Part shown: positions 37,151-46,897 of the stretch, piece after piece
How the letters are laid out: each line of letters starts with the position of its first letter
How positions within the stretch are numbered: the first letter of the stretch is position 1
From: Octopus bimaculoides
Lineage: Eukaryota
NCBI RefSeq assembly: GCF_001194135.2
Contig: NC_068984.1
Location: 50,974-97,870, forward strand
Direction: 5' to 3'
Length of the DNA: 46,897 nt
Notes under the pieces: generated by a model
Told to the model about the DNA's origin: nothing
Databases searched by the model: none
What the model saw: the letters and a program-made list of their open reading frames with translations, nothing else
Position numbers and translations under genes: made by a program

Positions 37151-37545
37151 CACTATCACACATGCGATGTTCCAGTCTCCTGTGAAAAATGTTCAGCCAG
37201 GAGGGAAATATGATGTTGCTTGCAAACAGGTGGGGATTGGTGGCAGGAAGGACATTCTGTTGGAGACAAAATCTGTCTAATCCATGCAAGCAGGGAAAAG
37301 TGGATGTTAAATGATGATCATATACACAAACTTAATCGACTTACAGCTTTCATCTATCAGTTTCACTCTCAAGGCATTGATCAGCCCATGGCACAAGCAG
37401 ACAACGTCCATGCAGTGGGAACAAACCCCAAACCCTTTGATTTTGATGCAAATCTTTTAATTGTACATCTATCTTATGGTGTGAGTTTTTGCTATTGATT
37501 GCAATGGGTTTTCTTCCAGTTAAGGAACAAATGAAGTGTTAACTT

Positions 37546-37757
37546 TTATCCTTTTGATACAACCCACCTGAGACCACCTCTGGTTTCACAATACGCGTTC
37601 CCTGTTTTAAAAGAGATGTAAATTGAAACCTTCCTGAAAAATTTGATGTTAATTTATGTTTCAAACATCAGCTTAATAATAACAAAGTTAATTTACTAAA
37701 TTCTTCGTTACTTTCAAAATTAACGGAAACAAAGGTAATGTATTTCATCAGGGGTAA
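37546..37757. mobile_element. TTAA-type MITE, opposite orientation to the other two copies
   Basis: Reverse complement aligns to 39554-39774 and 23691-23864. Confidence 0.6.
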
Positions 37758-37908
37758 ATCATTTCTAATTAGCTTTGTTCCAGCACACGATCTCAGATCA
37801 GGTCACTTGCTATGCAAGTACATCTCTGTAATTTATTATTTTTAAACTTTGAATTCTGTTTTTTCTGTATCCTTTTCAAAATCTCGTTTCTCCTGTTCCC
37901 TCTTTCAG

Positions 37909-38233
37909 CTCAGTCAATGGCAACATCCACTCTTGGTAATGTAATGACAGCTGCCACCAGTAAAGCAGGTACATCTATCCTTCCAACAGTCTCAAACCCT
38001 ACACCAACCATCTCCATAGTAGCTCAACCAGCTCCAAATCCAACAGCTCAGTTGCCAGCAACCACAAGTGTACAACTTTCTGTAACTCCATCTGTCAAGG
38101 CCCTCACCTCCCTCACTGGCAGTACTACACAGTCTTCTGCTACTCCAGTCCGCATCTCCATTCTTCCTTCTCCTCAAAATGCTTCGTCATTGGTTAATCC
38201 CAGTTCGGCAGTGACCCAGGTAGTTAGTGTCAC
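37909..38233 (+). CDS. HCFC1: HCF-1 large exon, Thr/Ser/Pro-rich 5' part (QSMATSTLGNV...VTQVVSV), runs into a gap
   Basis: Strong pyrimidine tract plus cag acceptor, phase 1, open frame up to the N gap. Confidence 0.85.
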
Positions 38234-38717
38234 NNNNNNNNNNNNNNNNNNNNNNNNNNNNNNNNNNNNNNNNNNNNNNNNNNNNNNNNNNNNNNNNNNN
38301 NNNNNNNNNNNNNNNNNNNNNNNNNNNNNNNNNNNNNNNNNNNNNNNNNNNNNNNNNNNNNNNNNNNNNNNNNNNNNNNNNNNNNNNNNNNNNNNNNNNN
38401 NNNNNNNNNNNNNNNNNNNNNNNNNNNNNNNNNNNNNNNNNNNNNNNNNNNNNNNNNNNNNNNNNNNNNNNNNNNNNNNNNNNNNNNNNNNNNNNNNNNN
38501 NNNNNNNNNNNNNNNNNNNNNNNNNNNNNNNNNNNNNNNNNNNNNNNNNNNNNNNNNNNNNNNNNNNNNNNNNNNNNNNNNNNNNNNNNNNNNNNNNNNN
38601 NNNNNNNNNNNNNNNNNNNNNNNNNNNNNNNNNNNNNNNNNNNNNNNNNNNNNNNNNNNNNNNNNNNNNNNNNNNNNNNNNNNNNNNNNNNNNNNNNNNN
38701 NNNNNNNNNNNNNNNNN

Positions 38718-39088
38718 TAAGGAGGTTGCTGGTGTGAAGAGTGAATCTCAAAATGAATCGGCTTCAGTGAAGAAGGAGTCTGTGGAAGGTGAAGGTACTG
38801 TGAAAGGTGTCGAGACAAAACCAGACATTCAAACTGCTGGCAGTGGTACCAAGCTGAAAACAGAAGCAGACATCAAAGATGGGAATCAGGTTAAAAATAA
38901 AGTCATGGATGATTTAGTGAAGCTGGAAAAAGAAGCTGGTTCTGGTGAACCAATGGATACATCAGCAGCCCCAAACAATTCTGTGAATGGAGACTTAGTG
39001 AAGGCAGCAGCTGGTGCAGCTAGTGTTAGAATGACAGTTGCACCTGCAACAACTGCAGTGTCACATTCCTCCACATCTGACCCCGCAG
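38718..39088 (+). CDS. HCFC1: HCF-1 exon segment after the gap, charged/acidic (KEVAGVKSE...GEPMDTS...STSDPA)
   Basis: Open frame, cag|gtaagc donor at 39088/39089, phase 1. Assignment rests on position and composition. Confidence 0.78.
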
Positions 39089-39553
39089 GTAAGCTTCTTT
39101 CTATTTACTTTCCAAAGTTAAAAGTGTGTATATGAGAAACCATCATCATCATCATAGTTTTAACATCCACTTATCCATGCTTGCCTCGGACTGTTGCCTT
39201 CCCTGTTACTGACCCTTGCTTGTTTCCAAGCAACGTAATATTTCCCAATAACCATATTTTTGCAGAAGACTGGAAATGAAGAGCATCGCTTGTCTATGAT
39301 GGTGATACTCACTTAAGCTGTCACACAATTCACTGGTCTTTCAGGTTTTGTCTACCAAATCCATTTAAAAAGGCTTTTGAAGGCACTTGCTCATGGTGCC
39401 ACACAGTGGGACTGAACCTCAAACCATCAAAACCATGTGGTTGGAAAACGAGCTTCTTAACCACACAACCACACCTGCACATATATATTTGGGTTGTGGG
39501 AATCTTTCTTGTTTTTACACCTGGTTCTAGACATCATCATCATCGTCATTTAA

Positions 39554-39774
39554 CCCTTTCATTGCTGTATTTATTTTGAGATGTTCTGTGTTTCTTTCAG
39601 TTACTTTAGATATAACAAAGAATTTAGGAAAATAACTTAGTTATCATTCAGCTAATGTTAGGAACATAAATTGTGACTAAGGTTTGGTGGAAGATTTTAA
39701 TTCAAAACATATGAAAACAAGACATTTGTACGACAGAGCCAGAGCCGGTTTCAGCCAAGATGGTAACAAAAGGG
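39554..39774. mobile_element. piggyBac-type MITE with intact TTAA duplication
   Basis: TTAA(39550-39553)-CCCTTT...AAAGGG-TTAA(39775-39778), splitting an RTE tail. Confidence 0.88.
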
Positions 39775-39778
39775 TTAA

Positions 39779-40975
39779 TGTCTGTTTTCCATGCTGGCAT
39801 GCATTGGACGGTTTGACTGAGGCCTGGAGAGCCACTGGCTGCACCAGGCTCCAATCTGATCTGGCAATGTTTCTACAGCTGGACGCCCTTCCTAACGCCA
39901 ACCACTCAGAGAGTGTAGTCGGTGCTTTTTATGTGTCACTGGCACAGGGGCCAGTCAGGCGGGCCTGGCATCAACCATGTTCAGATTGTGCTTTTTTACA
40001 TGCCACTGGCACGGGGGCCAGTCAGCGGGTACCGGCATCGGCCACGTTCAGATGGTGCTTTTTACGGGCCACCCGCATGGGAACCAGTAAGGTGGACCTG
40101 CCATCGACCACGTTTGGATGGCGCTTTTTACGTGCCATGGGCATAGGAGCCACTCTGTGTGTACTGGTCACAGCTCCGATATTGGTTTTATTTGATTCAA
40201 CAGGTCTTCTCAAGCATATCATATCGCCACACGCCTCAGGAGTACTCTTAACTGGGCTGGACATCCCTGGCTGCGATCTCACTTTAGTTACCAGGTCTTC
40301 TCAATCACAGCATATCTCTAAAGATTTTGATCTCCTGTTATTGCCTCTGTGAGGCCCAATGTTCGAAGGTCATGCTTCACCACTTCATCCCATGTCTTCC
40401 TGGGTCTGTCTCTTCCACAGTCAGGGAGTGGCACTTCCTCGCACAGCTGCCCTTATCCATATGTAACACACTGACCATACCAGCACAGTCGTCTCTCTTG
40501 CACACTACATCTGATTCTTCTTATGTCCAACTTTTCTCTCAAAGCACTTAATTTCTGTCATGTCTGCACACTGACATTATACACATCATACTAGCTTCAT
40601 TTCTTTCGAACCTACGCATGTCCTCCGCAGACACAGCCCATGTTTCACTGCCATGGAGCATGGCAGTTCACACACATACATCATACAATCTACCTTTCAT
40701 CTTGAGCGAGAGGCCCTTAGTTGCCAGCAGAGGTAGGAGCTCCCTAAACTTTGCCCAGGCTATTCTTATTCTAGCCTCTACACTCAGAGCAACCACCCCC
40801 ATTACAGACTTGGTCACCTAGGTAGCAGAAGCTATTAAGTACTTCCAGTTTCACCCTCTGGCATGTGATGGAATCAATTTTCTGTACATCTTCAGTGTTT
40901 ATTTCCCCTGTGTATCTGCCACACAAAAACTATTTTCCCAGTTAACCTTCTTTTGATATTGCTGCATCTTTTATG
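39779..40975 (-). mobile_element. RTE LINE 3' part (tail continues at 39533-39553)
   Basis: 3' UTR with four tandem units. The body is homologous to the ORF2 C-terminus of other copies. Confidence 0.88.
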
Positions 40976-41219
40976 TGTCCATCCAACCCATGCCAGCATG
41001 GACAACGAACGTTAAATGATGATGATGGTGGTCATGATTATTATATCTGGGAGATTAGTTTTTTTTTCTTTGCTGGTTTGAACTGGTATATCCCAGATGA
41101 TTTTGGTCCTTGTTTGGCACATGTTTATACCATTTATTGCCATTTCTTATATTGTAGTATTGGCATATTGTCCAGTGGATATAACTACTTACTTGGTAAT
41201 GTCTGTAATATATATATAT

Positions 41220-42670
41220 ATCATCATCATCGTCGTTGTTTAATGTCCGTTTTCCATGCTGACATGGGTTGGACAGTTCGACTGGGGTCTGGAAAGTCAG
41301 GAGGCTACACCAGGCACCAGTCTGATCTGGCAATGTTTCTACAGCTGGATGCCCTTCCTAACACCAACTACTCCAAGAGTGTAGTGGGTGCTTTTTACGT
41401 GCCACCAGCACAAGGCCAGAGGGGGCTGGCATTGACCATGATTGGATGGTGCTTTTTACATGCCACTGTCACAGGAGCCAATCAAGGCAGTGCTGGCATC
41501 GGCCACGTCCGGATGGTGCATTTTACATGACACCAGCACAGAAGCCAATCGAGCCAAGGGGGGCTGGCATCCACCACGTTTGGATGATGCTTTTTATGTG
41601 TCACCAGCATGGGGACCACAACTACAATTTCCATTTGATTGTGATTTGATGTCATTTTGATGTTGATGTACCTGACTCGATACGTCTTCTCAAGCATGGC
41701 ATGTCGCCCTGCGATCTAAGGGTACTTTTGAGTGGGCTGGTTATGCGACACTGGTGTAGGTTACAACTGTGATCTCACTTTATTTGCCGGGTCTTTTTAG
41801 TCACAGCATATCTCAAGAGGTCTCTGTCTTTCGTCATTTTCTCTGTGAGGCCCAACATTCGAAGGTTATGCTTAACCACTTCATCCCATGTCTTCCTGGG
41901 TCTCCCTCTACCCTGGATTCCTTCCACTGTTTGGGAGTGGCACTTCTTCACACAACTCTCCTCATCCATCCGTAGTACATGACCATACCAAGACAAAAAT
42001 CTCTTGCCCGCCACATCCAATGCTTCTTATGTCCAACTTTTCTCTCAGGGCGCTTACACTCTGTCACACACTGACAGTACACGTCTTTGGCAGTCACAGC
42101 CCATGCTTCACTGCCGTGAAGCATGGCAGTTCGCACACATGCATCGTACAATCTACCTTTCACTCTGAGCGAGAGGCCCTTTGTCACCAGTAGGGGTAGA
42201 AGCTGTTTGAACTTTGCCCAGGCTTTTCTTATTCTAGTAGTAATGCTCTCTGACCATCTTGGTACCCTAGGTAGTGGAAACTATCAACTACTATTTTCTG
42301 AGCATTTGTGGTGTTTATTGTCCCTGTGCATCTGCCGCACACGAAAGTTATCTTCCCGGTTAATCTTCCTTTGATGTTGCTGCACCTCCTATGTGTCCAT
42401 TGCTTACACTGGGTACATCTTATGGACTTTCTACCTACACCTTTTCTACAGATAGAGCAGGGACCTGAAGGGGTGTGTGATGTGTTTGCCTTCCTGCTTA
42501 CTAGAACTGTGGTCTTTGCAACATTGACTCTAAGGCTCTTCAATTGTAAACCTTGCTTCTGCTATTAGGGCCAAGTCATCAGCATAGAGGAGCTCCCGGG
42601 GGCAACCTGTTTTGAATACCTCTGTTATTGCCTGGAGGACTATGATGAATAACAGAGGGCTGAGGGCTAA
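41220..42670 (-). mobile_element. 5'-truncated RTE LINE
   Basis: QGLALSPLLFIIVLQAITE..KTGCP.ELLYADD, intact PHD-like motif, WYGHVLRMDE..GRGRPRKTW, 3' UTR. Confidence 0.92.
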
Positions 42671-43619
42671 ACCTTGGTGGATCCATACATATATATATAT
42701 CATTATCATCATCGTTTAACGTCCGCTTTCCATGCTAGCATGGGTTGGACGATTTGACTGAGTATAGTTGAAATTTAAAGAAAAGACAAAAGATGAAGAC
42801 AGGTGTAGGAACAACAAGCAAGTGTATTAATTTGACACAAGTAACAAGGATGTACAGGTTTCAATTCATTATGGCTGTTTCGAGTGGCCCCATTTAATTA
42901 ATTAATGAGAATCATTATGTCAGTTTGAAAGAAACCACTCTCTTCAGATGACTGCATAGGCATCAAACAGAAAGGATAAACCATTTTTATAAACAAATTT
43001 ACATCAAGAATGGAAACCAAAATCTTTACATTGTTTCCCATTGTTATATCTGTGGCAGAATGAGTTTAGAAAATAATGCATACCTTGATAAGCCTACTAT
43101 AATTTAGAGAATAGCAGAGGAAGCAGTGGGGGTCAAGATAAAAGAAGTGGTGATGTAGATACTTACACTTAGAAGACTTTTATGGAGCATGTAGTCTTCA
43201 GCCATTTAGAATTAAATCCCCAGGGAGTTGTCAACTGTATTCCAGTTGATGGTGATAAATGAATTCAAGTCAGACAATCTACTAGACTCTCAGTGTACTG
43301 GAACCAATATCTAGCTTTATATACAAAAAAGGGTATGTCGCAGAGTTGCTGGTAAGTAAATGACTGATGGTGAAGGGGTATACCTGGAAGAAAGAAGGAT
43401 AGGAGTGGCCAATACTGATTTAGATTGTTAAATAGAGGGGAATATAATGAAAAATCAAAAGAGATAAGTAATATAAGCTTTAGGGGTGGGAATTAGAATT
43501 GGGGAATGCAGGAGTTAGCAAATTTATTATATTAACCCCTTTTCAGACAAATTTTTTTTTTATAGTATTTTTAATGCTGATCGGATGGTGTGGATTATGG
43601 TTTTGTCACCTGCATCATA

Positions 43620-45605
43620 AATCAGGTAGCAACACCATAGTCAACTGTTACAAGGGTAAAGGTGATGCTTTAGACAGAAATAACCACAGGGATATCAAAT
43701 TATTGGATCAGTTGATGAAAGTTAGAGAGGGTCATAGCCCAACTAATTAGGAAGAGAATTAGCCTAGATGAGATGCAGTTTGGTTTTGTGCCAGGGAGAA
43801 GCACCACTGATGCTATATTTCTGGTAAGGCAACTGCAGGAGAAATACCTGGCCAAAGATAAACCTCTGTATTTGGCTTTTGTTGACATGGAAAAAGCCTT
43901 TGACAGGAACCCCCGATCCCTTATCTGATGGTCAATGCAAAAACTAAGGATAGATGAGTGTTTAGTGAGAGCTGTACAAGCCATGTACAGGGGTGCTACC
44001 AGTAAGGTGAGGGTTGGCAATGAGAACAATGAAGGATTCAGGGTACAAGTAGGGATTCACCAAGGATCAGTGCTCAGCCCCCTTCTTGTTCATCATAGTC
44101 CTCCAGACAATAACAGAGGAATTTAAGACAGGTTGCCCCTTGGAGTTCTTCTATGCTGATGACCTTGCTCTAATAGCTGAGTCACTGCCAGAGCTAGAGA
44201 TGAAGTTTAGGGTGTGGAAGCAAGGTCTGGAATTGAAGGGCCTTAGGGTTAACCCAGCAAAGACCAAAGTCTTAGTAAGTAGTAAGGCTGACAAATCACA
44301 AACTCCTTCAGGCAGGTGGTCCTGCTTGATCTGTAGGGGAAAAGGTGTAGGTAGAAACTCCATGCTATGTACCTGGTGTAAGCTATGGACATATAAAAAG
44401 TGCAGCAATATCAAAGGAAGGGTAACCAGGAAGATAGTTTTGTGCGTGGCAGATGCACAGGGGCAGTAAACACTGGAGATGTACAGAAAATTGATTCTAT
44501 CACATGCCAGAGTGAATAACTAGAGGTAGTCGATAGGTTCCACTACCAAGGCGATCAAGTCTGTAGTGGGAGTGGTTGCTCTGAGAGTGTAGCGGCTAGA
44601 ATAGGAATAGCCTGGACAAAGTTCAAGGAGCTCCTACCTCTGCTGGCAACTAAGGGCCTCTTACCCAGGATGAAAGGTAGACTGTATGATGCATGTGTGC
44701 GAACTGCCATGCTACACAGCAGCGAAACATAGGCCATGAATGCTGAGGACATGTGTTGGCTTGAAAAAAAATGAAGCTAGTATGATCTGTTGGATGTGTA
44801 TAATGTCAGTGTGCATACACTACAAAGTGTGAGTGCCCTGAGAGAAAAGATGGAGCATCAAATGTGATGTGCAAAAGAGACGACTGTGCTGGTATGGTCA
44901 TGTGTTACATATGGATGAGGACAGCTGTGTGAGGGAGTGCCACTCCCTGACTGTGGAAGAGACAGACCCAGGAAGACATAGAATGAGGTGGTGAAGCATG
45001 ACCTTCGAGCGTTTGGCCTCACAGAGGCAATGACAGGAGACTGGGATCTTTGGAGATATGCTGTGATTGAGAAGACCCAGCAACTAAAGTGAGATTGCAG
45101 CCATAGTCGATGCCAGTGTTGCATGTCCGGCCCATTTAAAAGTACCCTTGATGCATCGGTCAATGTGATATGCTTGAGAAAACCTGTTGAGTCAAGTAAA
45201 ACTAAAATCGTAGCTGTAGACAGTGACCCTGACTGGCACATAAAATGCATCATCCAAACATGGTGGATGTTAGGGCCTCCTGACTTGCTCCCATTCCTGT
45301 GGCATGTAAAAAGCATCCTCTGAATATGGCTGATGCTAGGTCCACCTGACTGCCTCCCTTACCGGTGGCACATAAAAAGCATTATCCAAACCTGATTGAT
45401 ACCATGCCTCCCTGACTGTTTCCCGTGCTGTTGACCTGTAAAAAACACCCACTACACTCTCGGAGTGGTTGGCGTTAAGAAGGGCATCCAGCTGTAGAAA
45501 CATTGCCTGATCAGATTGGAGCCTGGTGCAGCTGCTGGCTTTCCAGACCCCAGTCGAACCGTCCAACCCATGCCAGCATGGAAAACAGACTTTAAATGAT
45601 GATGA
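43620..45605 (+). mobile_element. RTE LINE, RT through 3' tail
   Basis: QFGFVPGRSTTDAIF, AFVDMEKAFD, QGSVLSPLLF, YADD, PHD-like motif, GATGATGA tail; frameshifted. Confidence 0.92.
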
Positions 45606-45805
45606 NNNNNNNNNNNNNNNNNNNNNNNNNNNNNNNNNNNNNNNNNNNNNNNNNNNNNNNNNNNNNNNNNNNNNNNNNNNNNNNNNNNNNNNNNNNNNNN
45701 NNNNNNNNNNNNNNNNNNNNNNNNNNNNNNAACTGAGATAACTTGTCTTCTCATATCTTTCTTTATATTTTTTTTTTCCAACTTTATCATTAAAAGTAAA
45801 AGATA

Positions 45806-46200
45806 GGTGCAGGAGTGGCTGTGTGGTAAGTAACTTGCTTACCAACCACATGGTTCTGGGTTCAGTCCCACTGCGTGGCACCTTGGGCAAGTGTCTTCTA
45901 CTATAGCCTCGGGCCGACCAAAGCCTTGTGAGTGGATTTGGTAGACAGAAACTGAAAGAAGCCCGTCATATATATGTATATATATATGTTTGTGTGTCTG
46001 TGTTTGTCCCCCCAGCTTCGCTTGACGACCGATGCTGGTGTGTTTGCGTCCCCGTAACTTGGCGGTTCGGCAAAAAGAGACCGATAGAATAAGAACTAGG
46101 CTTCCAAAAGAATAACTCCTGGGGTCGAGTTGCTCGACTAAAGGCGGTGCCCCAGCATGGCCGCAGTCAAATGACTGAAACAAGTAAAAGAGTAAAAAAG
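45806..46200 (+). mobile_element. SINE family B, full-length well-preserved copy
   Basis: tRNA-like head (TGGCTGTGTGGT, GGGTTCAGTCCC), (TA)n/(TG)n spacer, CTGGGGTCGA module, (GTAAAAGA)n tail. Confidence 0.85.
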
Positions 46201-46369
46201 GGTATTACACATCCGTTTTACTCATTTTTTTTAGCATAATCTTTTAGTTATGAAAATTGAAATATATATATAAAAGTAAATGTAAATAAAATACTGTATT
46301 TATTTTATCTTTTATTTTACCTCATCTTCCCATACATCTTACCTTCTCTGGCATTTTATGAATGATTAT

Positions 46370-46546
46370 TTGGTGTTTTTCAAAGCATGCACATAAAGGT
46401 ACGTTACAGAGTTTACACATACATCACGACTCCTTCCTTCTGGTCACGTTTCAGACAACACATGGCACATTTGGATTTGTCTTCTTTTCTGTTGCTGGGA
46501 CTTCCATTGGAAAATGTCCTGGTGAAGTTGAAGGTCTCCCTACTGC
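46370..46546 (-). mobile_element. piggyBac (PGBD4-like) transposase C-terminal cysteine-rich domain relic
   Basis: GRPSTSPGHFPMEVPATEKKTNPNVPCVV*NVTRRKES*CMCKLCNVPLCACFEKH. Has stops, so absent from the ORF track. Confidence 0.8.
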
Positions 46547-46549
46547 TTA

Positions 46550-46897
46550 GAGAATGAATGGGAGAAAGAGAGCCTGCCGTATGTCGACCCAATAGAGGGA
46601 CCAGCTATCCGAGTTGATAGTACCAGGGTAGATAAAGCAATTAAGAGTATGAAGACAGGGAAAGCCCCCGGCCCATCAGGAATCACTGCAGAGATGCTCA
46701 AAATATCTGGCAGTGTTGGCTATAGCCTAGTCACCCGTATTACGAACCAGGTGATACACGAAGGAGTCATACCCAATGACTGGTGTAGCAGCATCATAGT
46801 CAACTGCTACAAAGGTAAAGGTGACGCTTTAGATACAAATAATTACAGAGGCATCAAGCTGTTAGATCAGGTTATGAAAGTTACAGAGAGGGTCATA
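46550..46897 (+). mobile_element. RTE LINE copy, stop-free to the window edge
   Basis: 116 codons: ENEWEKESLP...MKTGKAPGPSGITAEMLK...NCYKGKGDALDTNNYRGIKLLDQVMKVTERVI. Confidence 0.9.

Larger units (their letters stand above)
14430..39088 (+). other. HCFC1: Visible span of a multi-exon Host cell factor 1 gene (13 coding exons; 5' and 3' exons not found in the window)
   Basis: Exons splice in frame with GT-AG boundaries and matching phases. Translation matches HCF-1 Kelch repeats, [14 protein letters not shown] Fn3 half, ALAAAAAATQKIP and TKIITSVPK basic-region motifs. Confidence 0.96.

Noticed and set aside
43294-43357. Strong donor CTG|GTAAGT as the next HCF-1 exon
   Set aside because: Candidate upstream acceptors give no HCF-like peptide and an incompatible phase.
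712-46550. Most short ORFs in the supplied track as independent genes
   Set aside because: They are antisense or off-frame readings of transposons, microsatellites, N runs or HCF-1 exons.

Overview
AT-rich eukaryotic draft-assembly DNA with seven N gaps (3914-4124, 6416-6427, 22557-22603, 30851-30860, 33143-33152, 38234-38717, 45606-45730). The window is the interior of one + strand gene, a Host cell factor 1 (HCFC1/HCF-1) orthologue. I traced 13 coding exons from 14430 to 39088 with GT-AG boundaries and consistent phases. They encode the Kelch propeller, the first Fn3 half (SAS1N), the Thr/Ala/Gly-rich basic region and the start of the acidic region. I did not find the first exon or the C-terminal exons. 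The introns are packed with transposon debris: many RTE LINE copies, Hero and R4/Dong-type RLE retrotransposons, mariner, two hAT/Charlie fragments, a Helitron, a piggyBac fragment, TTAA MITEs and tRNA-derived SINEs. The protein and repeat landscape suggest a mollusc, probably an octopus (inference, not proven). There are no prokaryotic features such as CRISPR or operons. Best leads: (1) a tRNA-headed element with a Penelope-type minimal hammerhead ribozyme, in inverted arrangement with a 12-bp TSD; (2) a PHD finger inside the RT of the RTE family; (3) an assembly gap hiding the region where vertebrate HCF-1 has its proteolytic repeats. Repeat boundaries are approximate and family names come from motif recognition, not database searches.
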